A stretch of DNA of 61,990 nt from a virus: UHGV virus genome UHGV-0106586; one strand, given 5' to 3'. The position numbers were made by a program, and so were the translations under genes. This document shows, piece after piece, positions 37,878-51,563 of this stretch. The notes beneath the pieces are model-generated. The model saw nothing but the letters and a program-made list of their open reading frames with translations, was not told the DNA's origin and did no database searches. Every line of letters begins with the position of its first letter. Position 1 is the stretch's first letter.

Positions 37878-38261
37878 ATGAAAAAGATTTTATTAGCTGC
37901 TGCAATGGTTATGGCAATGAATTTACCAGTCAATGCAACAGAACTCCCCAATGTGGACTTATCAGGTGTTCCAGAAGACACTTGTCAGATTGTTAAAGGT
38001 GTTGCTTTGGCTAATGGTGAGTTACTTAAACCAATCTCTGAAGAGTCTTTAACAGAGATGACTGATAAGGTGACTGACTATCAGTATCGTGTTCTTGCAG
38101 AGTATTTCCTGCAATCTGCAAACATTAAAGAGAAGCACCATGAAGATATTGATGTACAGGCTATGCTCAATCATCGTATTCAGTTTAAAGAAGACTTGAT
38201 GCAAAAAGCTATGTATGGTGTTGAGTATTTCTTAGAAAACAGAAGCTGCACAGGTATTTGA
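37878..38261 (+). CDS. secreted/periplasmic hypothetical protein with signal peptide
   Basis: N-terminal MKKILLAAAMVMAMNLPVNA signal-like sequence. Confidence 0.5.
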   Translation: MKKILLAAAMVMAMNLPVNATELPNVDLSGVPEDTCQIVKGVALANGELLKPISEESLTEMTDKVTDYQYRVLAEYFLQSANIKEKHHEDIDVQAMLNHRIQFKEDLMQKAMYGVEYFLENRSCTGI

Positions 38262-38262
38262 T

Positions 38263-38475
38263 ATGGCTCTTAAAAAGTTACATCCCAGAAGCGGTTATGG
38301 TAAGATAATTGACGATACAGACGGCTTTACAGTCTTTACAGTTATCTGTCAAGATGATTCACAGATTGAAAAGGCTCTTGATGATTATCTTAACGATGAA
38401 CGTGAAAAGGTTAGGGCTACAAACATAGATTCATTGATTGACACTTCACGCAAACGGAAGAAGAAAGATGAATGA
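38263..38475 (+). CDS. hypothetical protein (70 aa)
   Basis: ORF in track. Confidence 0.35.
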   Translation: MALKKLHPRSGYGKIIDDTDGFTVFTVICQDDSQIEKALDDYLNDEREKVRATNIDSLIDTSRKRKKKDE

Positions 38476-38767
38476 GATTTTTGACCCTTATGCTCCACAA
38501 GATGATTGGGAGGCTGACAGAGAGGCTGAAATGGAGAGTTATATTTGTCCAATGGATGTAGACGAAATGAGAGACTTCGTTGCACATCGTTTTAAGAGAG
38601 AGATTAAATCCAGAGGTCTTTCTCAAGAGCAAGTTGCTAAAATTTGTGGTATCTCTCAGGCTCGTGTATCCAACATAATCAATCTCACTGGTAATGTCTC
38701 CCTTGAGTTTATGTTGGAAGTATGTGAAAAATTTGGTGTTAACTTTAATTTAAGGCTGGCAGATTAA
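38468..38767 (+). CDS. helix-turn-helix DNA-binding protein (XRE-like), probable transcriptional regulator
   Basis: LSQEQVAKICGISQARVSNI resembles an HTH; ATG 38468. Confidence 0.5.
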   Translation: MNEIFDPYAPQDDWEADREAEMESYICPMDVDEMRDFVAHRFKREIKSRGLSQEQVAKICGISQARVSNIINLTGNVSLEFMLEVCEKFGVNFNLRLAD

Positions 38768-38768
38768 T

Positions 38769-39128
38769 ATGAAACGTGAAAACATTATCCACTCTGAAAA
38801 CTTCGCATTAGGCTTTTATGGTGTGCCTACTCACCTTGAAAAGTATTATGGTGTAAAGATTCTCTCCAATCTCATTATGGCTTACAAAGATGGTAAGATT
38901 AAACATACTGAGAAGAAACGTGTCATGGGTTATATGGCTGTAGGTTCAGCAATCTCAAACATTAAGCTGGAAACAACTAGTAGCCAGATTGTGAAAGACC
39001 ACTTCATCAAAGAGCTTTACCACAATCTTGATGGTGTAGATGTTCAGGCTGTTTGGCTGGATGTTGATGGTCACAACTACACAAGTTTCGTTTTCAAAAA
39101 TGATGACATCAAGTGTCTGTTCCCATAA
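38769..39128 (+). CDS. hypothetical protein (119 aa)
   Basis: ORF in track. Confidence 0.45.
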   Translation: MKRENIIHSENFALGFYGVPTHLEKYYGVKILSNLIMAYKDGKIKHTEKKRVMGYMAVGSAISNIKLETTSSQIVKDHFIKELYHNLDGVDVQAVWLDVDGHNYTSFVFKNDDIKCLFP

Positions 39129-39141
39129 TAGGTGATTAACT

Positions 39142-39657
39142 ATGATTGATATCTACTTACAAGATGCTCATGCAGATTTCCTTAAGGAAATGCTTAAAAA
39201 GTTTATGGCTTCACAGTATGAGAATGAAGCATCTTTTAAAATAGTCACATGTGGCGACGAAGCTGGTTTTGTTGAGATTGAGCATGAAGGTACTGGAAAG
39301 ACTGTTTGTAAGTTACCTGATAGCATGTTCTCTAGCACATTCTTAGCAAAGACTATCATAAATGTTAAGCTTGTACCTCAGATTGAAACATACTCTGGTA
39401 CAGATTACCCTAAAGGTTTTAAGTCACTGATGAAGTACTTCTTAGATGACTTTGTGAGCAATCTTCTGCGAGAGGTAAAAGAAAGTCGTACAGTGTTGAC
39501 TGTAGAGAATATGGGAGGCACTATTAGGGTTACTTCTGACTGCTTTGTTATGAACCTCTTCGACTTCGTTCCTAAGAACTTTGATGGTATTCTGGATGAA
39601 GAGGATGACTGTGTAGACTTTATATTGGTTCTTGAACCAGTTTTTGAGGTTAAATAA
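39142..39657 (+). CDS. hypothetical protein (171 aa)
   Basis: ORF in track. Confidence 0.45.
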   Translation: MIDIYLQDAHADFLKEMLKKFMASQYENEASFKIVTCGDEAGFVEIEHEGTGKTVCKLPDSMFSSTFLAKTIINVKLVPQIETYSGTDYPKGFKSLMKYFLDDFVSNLLREVKESRTVLTVENMGGTIRVTSDCFVMNLFDFVPKNFDGILDEEDDCVDFILVLEPVFEVK

Positions 39658-39921
39658 ATGAAAATTGAACACTGCTATGAGTCTGATGGAACACCTATCC
39701 GATGTCCACATTGTGGGTGTACAGACTTACAAGGCGAGGTAAGTGAAATAGTCAACGGTCATATTGCTGAAGAGAGTACAAGGTGTACAGGATGTAATGA
39801 AATCATTGCTTTCTGGGCTTATGGTTTATACCAGCCTACACCACACTTAATCTACCATAGCAATAAAGCTGTGAAGAATGTTATTAACTGGTTCATTAAG
39901 AAAGGATTTACAAATGATTAA
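39658..39921 (+). CDS. small zinc-ribbon-like protein (CPHCGC...CTGCN)
   Basis: Two CxxC pairs. Confidence 0.4.
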   Translation: MKIEHCYESDGTPIRCPHCGCTDLQGEVSEIVNGHIAEESTRCTGCNEIIAFWAYGLYQPTPHLIYHSNKAVKNVINWFIKKGFTND

Positions 39922-40459
39922 ATTAATCTTTGCAAGTGGTGAAAATGGGGAGTTTGGTACTCCAACTGGTATGCCGTGGCCTCGACATAAACAGGACATG
40001 CAAGAGTTTAAGAGACTCACTAAAAATAACTTAGTAGTGATGGGTAATGAAACTTTCAAGACTCTGGGAAGTAAACCTTTACCAGAACGTGCAAACCTCA
40101 TCTTAACAAACTCTGTACCATATTTAGGCATAGATTTTGGCAAAGATGATGTAATGTATGCTAAGGCCAGCAAAGAATCCTTTGGAGCATTTTTGAACTA
40201 TCTTGATAGCTCTATTGATGAAGATGTATTTGTAATTGGTGGTGCAGGTGTCCTTGTCAATGCTTTACCGTATGCTGGTGTAGTTTTCCATACAGTTTTC
40301 CATAAAGTTACTGAAGAGGCCACTGTGCATTTACCTTTTGAAAACTTCTTTGAGAAGCTGTATGATAACCGTGTATTTACAAAGGTACAGTCAAAACCAT
40401 CAGAGGATGGTAAAGCAACCTTTGAAATTTATGTTCCACAAGTAAAAGGACACTTTTGA
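39914..40459 (+). CDS. folA: dihydrofolate reductase
   Basis: MIKLIFASGENGEFG...MPW...VVMGNETFKTLG...PLPERANLILT follows the DHFR N-terminal pattern; directly upstream of thymidylate synthase. Confidence 0.75.
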   Translation: MIKLIFASGENGEFGTPTGMPWPRHKQDMQEFKRLTKNNLVVMGNETFKTLGSKPLPERANLILTNSVPYLGIDFGKDDVMYAKASKESFGAFLNYLDSSIDEDVFVIGGAGVLVNALPYAGVVFHTVFHKVTEEATVHLPFENFFEKLYDNRVFTKVQSKPSEDGKATFEIYVPQVKGHF

Positions 40460-40460
40460 T

Positions 40461-41360
40461 ATGTCACAAGCAGATACAAGTTACAAAAATATCCTGAACC
40501 ATGTTTTATCAGTCGGTGAACTGCGTACTACACGAACTGGAGATGTTATCTCTGCATTTGCTCCACCACAATTTCGTTTTGATATGAGAACTGGTTTCCC
40601 ACTATTAACATCTAAACAGGTGTTTACACGGCAAGTTATTGGGGAAGCTTTATGGTTCCTGAACGGTGAGAATAAACTGGGTGAACTCCGTTACCGTACT
40701 TGGGGTGAAAATGACGGAGAACGTTGGACAATCTGGTCAGATGATTTCAAACGCTGGTTAAGCTCTAATTATTCTTCTGAACAAGATTGGTTAGAAGATG
40801 CAGGTGGGAGAATCTACGGAGTTCAGTGGAGAAACTTTGAAGGTCATAATGGTTGTGTTGTAGACCAGTTAGATACCTTAGTAACGAAGATGAAGGGTGA
40901 TATCACAGACCGTTACATGCTTGTTAATGCTTGGAATGCAGCAGATATTGCAGCTAACTCAATGGCTTTAGCACCTTGTCATGTTCTGTTTCAGATTTAT
41001 ATCACTAACGAGGGTGAAGTTGACTTACAATGGTATCAGCGTTCTGTAGACACCTTTTTAGGACTTCCCTTTAACATTGCATCTTATGGCTTTATTCTGG
41101 AAGTTCTTTGTAAGATGACTGGATACACTCCACGGTACTTGATAGGTGTTTTTGGAGATACCCAGATTTATCAGAACCATATGAAGCAGGTTTATGAACT
41201 GATGAACAATGAAGAGTTCCATGCACCAACTTTTGAGATTGGTATCCCACTTAACACTTTAAGTGACTTAAAACATCTCACTGCAAGTGACTTTATTGGT
41301 GGTATTAACAATTACCAACATGCAGGAAAGATTGAAGCACCTTTGTCAGTAGGTAAATAA
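40461..41360 (+). CDS. thyA: thymidylate synthase (ThyA family; a dUMP-modifying hydroxymethylase variant cannot be excluded by eye)
   Basis: MALAPCH (catalytic Cys), QRSVDTFLGLPFNIASY, GDTQIYQNH and C-terminal ...APLSVGK align with E. coli ThyA as recalled. Confidence 0.8.
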   Translation: MSQADTSYKNILNHVLSVGELRTTRTGDVISAFAPPQFRFDMRTGFPLLTSKQVFTRQVIGEALWFLNGENKLGELRYRTWGENDGERWTIWSDDFKRWLSSNYSSEQDWLEDAGGRIYGVQWRNFEGHNGCVVDQLDTLVTKMKGDITDRYMLVNAWNAADIAANSMALAPCHVLFQIYITNEGEVDLQWYQRSVDTFLGLPFNIASYGFILEVLCKMTGYTPRYLIGVFGDTQIYQNHMKQVYELMNNEEFHAPTFEIGIPLNTLSDLKHLTASDFIGGINNYQHAGKIEAPLSVGK

Positions 41361-41364
41361 AACA

Positions 41365-41392
41365 AAAAAGGCTCCCGTAAAAAGGAGCCTTA
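41365..41392. terminator. bidirectional hairpin terminator between convergent genes (ggctcc-cgtaaaaa-ggagcc)
   Basis: Stem 41370-41375 / 41384-41389 with A/T runs on both sides. Confidence 0.55.
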
Positions 41393-41396
41393 AACT

Positions 41397-41768
41397 TCAC
41401 TTTTCAGTATTCTTTGTGTTCTTTTCAGTAATAGCTTGGAGGGCTGATACTGATTGAGCCAGATTATTCACACTATCAGAGAATTTATCAAGAGTCTTAG
41501 TAAGTTTTGCGTTCTCACCCTTAACATTCTCTAACTGGACTTTCTGGTTCTCCATCCCTAGCTGAAGCAACCTCATATCAGACTGTAAATCACGGATAGC
41601 TGAATAATTACTTTTGGAATAATTATCCAACTGCTGTAACTTTGTTGTGATAGACACTTCTTGTTTACCATCCGAAACTTGCATGGTGGTATACATCCCA
41701 ATAACACTAAAAATACCAACTACAATTGCACCAATATTATTTTTAAAAGCTTCATCTAGCCACTTCAT
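41397..41768 (-). CDS. membrane-anchored coiled-coil protein (123 aa)
   Basis: N-terminal hydrophobic IGAIVVGIFSVIGMY followed by Q/L-rich helical region. Confidence 0.4.
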   Translation of the reverse strand: MKWLDEAFKNNIGAIVVGIFSVIGMYTTMQVSDGKQEVSITTKLQQLDNYSKSNYSAIRDLQSDMRLLQLGMENQKVQLENVKGENAKLTKTLDKFSDSVNNLAQSVSALQAITEKNTKNTEK

Positions 41769-41962
41769 TTATTCTCCCCCTTAAAAGCTTTTTCTAAGTT
41801 ATCTACGAACTCATCATCAATAGGTGTGTCTGTTTTACTCGCAAGGTATCTTGCAAGCTTAAAGAACACTTTCTCAATCATGTATTCACTTAGAAGGGAT
41901 AAAATGAGTTTCCAGAAGAAGCTACCTAGATTTTTTAGAAGAATTGCTAGGATTGTAGGCAT
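41765..41962 (-). CDS. small hydrophobic protein (65 aa)
   Basis: ORF in track; hydrophobic N-terminal region. Confidence 0.35.
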   Translation of the reverse strand: MPTILAILLKNLGSFFWKLILSLLSEYMIEKVFFKLARYLASKTDTPIDDEFVDNLEKAFKGENK

Positions 41963-42041
41963 TTAATCACCTCATCAGCCAAGATGGTGAGAATACCCAT
42001 AAAGAATATTAACACCATCTTAACAATCAGTCAACAAGGGA

Positions 42042-44387
42042 TTAAGCAGTTCTTACCCAAGCCATTAACTTGTAGAACTGGTTAGTAACACTAAATGCTG
42101 AACCAGAACCTGTACCACCAGTGTTACCGCTAACTGTGTGGCTATGAGCACCAATACCTACTGAGTGAGCATGTCCCCCAGCAGATGCAGCAGAACCACT
42201 TACAGAGTGAGTGTGAACACCATCACTTTCTGTACAACCAACGTGCGTTTGAGCAGAGTTTGATGAAGCAACACGACCAGATGGTACGTTAGCGTTATCA
42301 CCTTGTGAGATTCTATGTGCGTGCCCACCACCAGAGTTAGCAGTACCACTTACAGAGTGGGTGTGAGCACCAGTGTTGTTAGTGTTCTTTGTACCATAAT
42401 CAAAAGATGAAGTGGTAGCAGAGAAACTATGGGTATGTGATGGTAAGTTACCAACAGCTAACGTCACAGAATCTGAACCACCAGTTGTAGCAACATCTGA
42501 ACCGTTTGCTGCTGCGATTCTGATAGTTCTACCAATACCATTGTTCAGGTACGTCCAAGTTAACCCAGGAAGTGCTGTATTAGGGTCAACATTACTATTA
42601 AACCACGTTACAATACCTACTGGGTAGATTTTATTCAGGTCTGTAGAGTCACTAATTGCTGTTGCAATCTTCTGGTCAGTCTCTGCTTTAGTATATGCAC
42701 CAATATCTGAAGGAGATGGTTTAAATGCCGTTGAATACAACTGCGCCTCTCCAACATATGCTCCATCTGCTCCATAAGCATATGTGAAGACATCAAGACC
42801 TTTGGACCCGTATGTAAAACCAATACCTCTGGCATGAGCAATACCAGCAGCATGTGCTACATGGATGGCTAAATCTTTCAGACCCTGCTCAATACCGTTA
42901 TTTCTTACAAACCCTGAATAATCTTTGTTGAATGATGCTGAGTCATCCAATCTATTAGTTGTCCTTGTCATTAAAGATTGGTTTAACAGTTTTGTTTTTA
43001 AGAAATATCTAGCATCCAAGTTAGACCAATCAGAAGGTTGAACTTGACCAGTGATTCTTACTGTTTTGTTCAGTAAGAAGTCATCCTTCATGTAAATGGT
43101 AGTAGCAGTCCTGTCATTGTGGATAGTGAACCTTTCTGGGTTGCTTGGTTCCCCATTACCAATATACCACCTTCTAACACCATCAGCATTAAAACCAGCA
43201 AAGTATAACCCATTGTCTTGTGCAGTATTCCTTAGTTGTAACAATAAGCCATTTTGATTAATAATCTGTGCAGACCTGAAATTGTTTACATCACTCAGTT
43301 TAGCAAGATTACTCAAAGTTCCTGCTGGAATATATCTAGAGTCAATGTTAGTCCAATCAGAAGGTTGTACTTGACCATCAATTTGAACTGTTTTGTTCAT
43401 GGCAATAGTGTTACCTAGTGAGACTTGTGTTTTTGTTAGGTAGTTATAGATTTTTAAAATGTTCTCATCACCGTCATTACCAATGTACCACTTATAATTC
43501 CCATCTGACTTTCTTGCTCGAATATATAAAGAGGGAGCAGTGTCCACATTTTGCAGAGTGATGGCTTCAGCATTCTTCTTAGCGATAAAATTAGCGAAAA
43601 TGTTAGTACCAGTAAAAGTATTATTAGCGGTTAACTGTGCAAATCTCTGATTAGCCACTGTCTGAGTGAAGTATCTAGCATCTAAGTTAGCCCAATCAGA
43701 AGGCTGAACTTGACCAGTAATCTGGATAGATTTGTTCACAGAAATTAGGTTATCCAGAAGAGCTAAATACGCACCGGATTTGACATTTTTGATAACAAGA
43801 TTATCTGCACCTCTATTATCATTACCTAGATACCACCTGTTAGTGCCATCTACATCTTGACCACGAATATATAGCGGCATTCCTTGTGTAATGTTCTTAA
43901 CAATAAGAGCTTCATTATCAGAGAGGATAGCTTGAGTACCTCTAAATGTGTTATTTACAGCTAATCTTGCATATCTTGCATCATTCTCTTCATTAGTTCT
44001 CATCCCAAGTTCATTAGGGCTTGGCTTATTCAGAGTATGATAAACAGTTGCCGACCTTGAAGCATCTGCAATAGTTAGTTTAAGGCCATTTGCGTTAATT
44101 TTAAAAGTCTTTAAAACATCCCCAATATTAATCTCAGAAGAGCCTGTTGGGTCAAACACTACCTTACCACCATAAAGTAACTTAACAATCCCTAAGTCAC
44201 CTGTCATAGTACTACCAGCAATCTGAACAAATCTTTCAAGTTTAAAAGATGCTAAGAAATCTCGATAGGTCATTCGACGGTCTTCATCACCCAGCATTTC
44301 AGGTCTCTTTTTAACTCTGACATGAAGAAGGTCGTCTGAACGGATTGTGTCGATTGAGTTTAATTCACTCAACTTGTAATCTGCCAT
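42042..44387 (-). CDS. tail fibre protein with tandem ~100-aa internal repeats and His-x-His-rich C-terminal region
   Basis: Repeated WY(I/L)GN and GQVQPSDW-N-D-RYF modules; C-terminal HTHS/HAHR/HSHT motifs; ends ...AWVRTA. Confidence 0.7.
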   Translation of the reverse strand: MADYKLSELNSIDTIRSDDLLHVRVKKRPEMLGDEDRRMTYRDFLASFKLERFVQIAGSTMTGDLGIVKLLYGGKVVFDPTGSSEINIGDVLKTFKINANGLKLTIADASRSATVYHTLNKPSPNELGMRTNEENDARYARLAVNNTFRGTQAILSDNEALIVKNITQGMPLYIRGQDVDGTNRWYLGNDNRGADNLVIKNVKSGAYLALLDNLISVNKSIQITGQVQPSDWANLDARYFTQTVANQRFAQLTANNTFTGTNIFANFIAKKNAEAITLQNVDTAPSLYIRARKSDGNYKWYIGNDGDENILKIYNYLTKTQVSLGNTIAMNKTVQIDGQVQPSDWTNIDSRYIPAGTLSNLAKLSDVNNFRSAQIINQNGLLLQLRNTAQDNGLYFAGFNADGVRRWYIGNGEPSNPERFTIHNDRTATTIYMKDDFLLNKTVRITGQVQPSDWSNLDARYFLKTKLLNQSLMTRTTNRLDDSASFNKDYSGFVRNNGIEQGLKDLAIHVAHAAGIAHARGIGFTYGSKGLDVFTYAYGADGAYVGEAQLYSTAFKPSPSDIGAYTKAETDQKIATAISDSTDLNKIYPVGIVTWFNSNVDPNTALPGLTWTYLNNGIGRTIRIAAANGSDVATTGGSDSVTLAVGNLPSHTHSFSATTSSFDYGTKNTNNTGAHTHSVSGTANSGGGHAHRISQGDNANVPSGRVASSNSAQTHVGCTESDGVHTHSVSGSAASAGGHAHSVGIGAHSHTVSGNTGGTGSGSAFSVTNQFYKLMAWVRTA

Positions 44388-44433
44388 TATAAATTTTCCT
44401 CTTAAAAGGGGCTATAAAGCCCCTGTAAAGAAA

Positions 44434-45621
44434 TTAAGCTGTTCTCTGCCATACATACAGCACGAAGGATGGCTGTTCAATGTTGAAAGCTTGCCCACCA
44501 CCAACACTGTTCGTGTTTCCACTATGCGTATGCTCAGAAGAAGAAACTGTCACAGTACCATTGTGCGTATGTGAACCAATACCAACTGTGTGACTGTGAG
44601 CACCAATACCCACCGTATGGTTGTGGTCACCAGTTGTGTTAGTGGTAACACTGAAAGAGTGGGTGTGCTCACCAGCGACTTCACAGACAGCATCTGCTGA
44701 GTACCATGATTGGTCATTCCTTGTAGACCAAACCATTGCAGGTCTTTCCGATAGACCACCACCTGCTTCATAGGTCAATCTGTGGTTGTGAGCACCAGCA
44801 GCACTTGTTGACCCACTGCCAACGTGATTATGGTTACCAGTTGTGTTGGTGGTCTTTGTCCCATAGTCAAAAGAGTTGGTAGTCTTAGTCCCATAATCAA
44901 AAGCTGAAATTGACACAGTTGCATTATGAGTGTGACCACCACCACTAAGAGACACAGAGTGAGAGTGTTGAGGCATGTTATTAACTGACAAAGTGACAGT
45001 CGAAGCACCAAATACAGAACCTGCTGGCCTTGTATCAGAGTCATAACCAACCAATGCCCTACCTTTTGAAACCAACTCCCAAGTACCTCCACAAATTAAG
45101 TATGTAGAAGGGTTTGCAGAGTTCATAGAAAGATGGATAGTACCTACTGGATAAGAAGCCTGAACAGCCTTGTACAAGTTATTTACTGCTCTTGCTGTAG
45201 CATACTTATCTGCATCTTCATTATACAGGTTAGATGTTGTCCAGTTCTGAACATTACTTAAACCAACCTGTGCCTTAGTTGTATTGTGTGGGTTACTCTT
45301 GTCCTTGATATGTTGTTGGACAAGATTATTAACCTCTTCTGAAGACATAATCTGTAGATTTGCTCTTGCCTCAGCTACATTAACAATATCTGATAAGTTA
45401 TTTGCAGCAACTAACTGAAGAGCATTAATAACATTATCTAAACCAATCTGTGTCTTAGTAACACCATGAGGGTTATTTCTTAGGCTTGAGTGTGGAGCAA
45501 GTAATTGCTCAAGAGTACACCTCTTATCCTCAATACCCTGCTTAAGATGGAAGATATCACTAAGGTCAATTGGTAAGGCTGCTTGAGGCAAGGCACTAAT
45601 TTGAATTTCACCTACTGCCAT
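44434..45621 (-). CDS. second tail fibre / receptor-binding protein with fibre repeats and His-x-His-rich C-terminus
   Basis: NPHGVTKTQIGLDNV and NPHNTTKAQVGLSNV fibre-repeat motifs; YPVGTIHL... collar-like region; HxH motifs; ends ...VWQRTA. Confidence 0.7.
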   Translation of the reverse strand: MAVGEIQISALPQAALPIDLSDIFHLKQGIEDKRCTLEQLLAPHSSLRNNPHGVTKTQIGLDNVINALQLVAANNLSDIVNVAEARANLQIMSSEEVNNLVQQHIKDKSNPHNTTKAQVGLSNVQNWTTSNLYNEDADKYATARAVNNLYKAVQASYPVGTIHLSMNSANPSTYLICGGTWELVSKGRALVGYDSDTRPAGSVFGASTVTLSVNNMPQHSHSVSLSGGGHTHNATVSISAFDYGTKTTNSFDYGTKTTNTTGNHNHVGSGSTSAAGAHNHRLTYEAGGGLSERPAMVWSTRNDQSWYSADAVCEVAGEHTHSFSVTTNTTGDHNHTVGIGAHSHTVGIGSHTHNGTVTVSSSEHTHSGNTNSVGGGQAFNIEQPSFVLYVWQRTA

Positions 45622-45623
45622 TA

Positions 45624-51445
<5,822 letters not shown>

Positions 51446-51486
51446 TCATTTTTAACCAAGCCTTTGATATATAAGTATTTTCTCTG

Positions 51487-51556
51487 TTAAGCGTGAGCTA
51501 CGTAAAAAATAATTTTTGGTGGGTATATCTGTTCAGAAGATTTCACGTAGCATTCG
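51487..51556 (-). promoter_or_regulatory. conserved ~70-bp element upstream of gene 50615..51406 (copy 1 of 2)
   Basis: Shares blocks ttaagcgtg, tacgtaaa, gtgggtat, atttcacgtagca with 53631-53700. Confidence 0.4.
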
Positions 51557-51563
51557 ACTATTA

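Noticed and set aside
40461-41360. Thymidylate synthase homolog as a dCMP hydroxymethylase (DNA hypermodification)
   Set aside because: The specificity position in FNIASY is Asn as in dUMP-using thymidylate synthases, not Asp as in dCMP hydroxymethylases; a dUMP hydroxymethylase remains formally possible.
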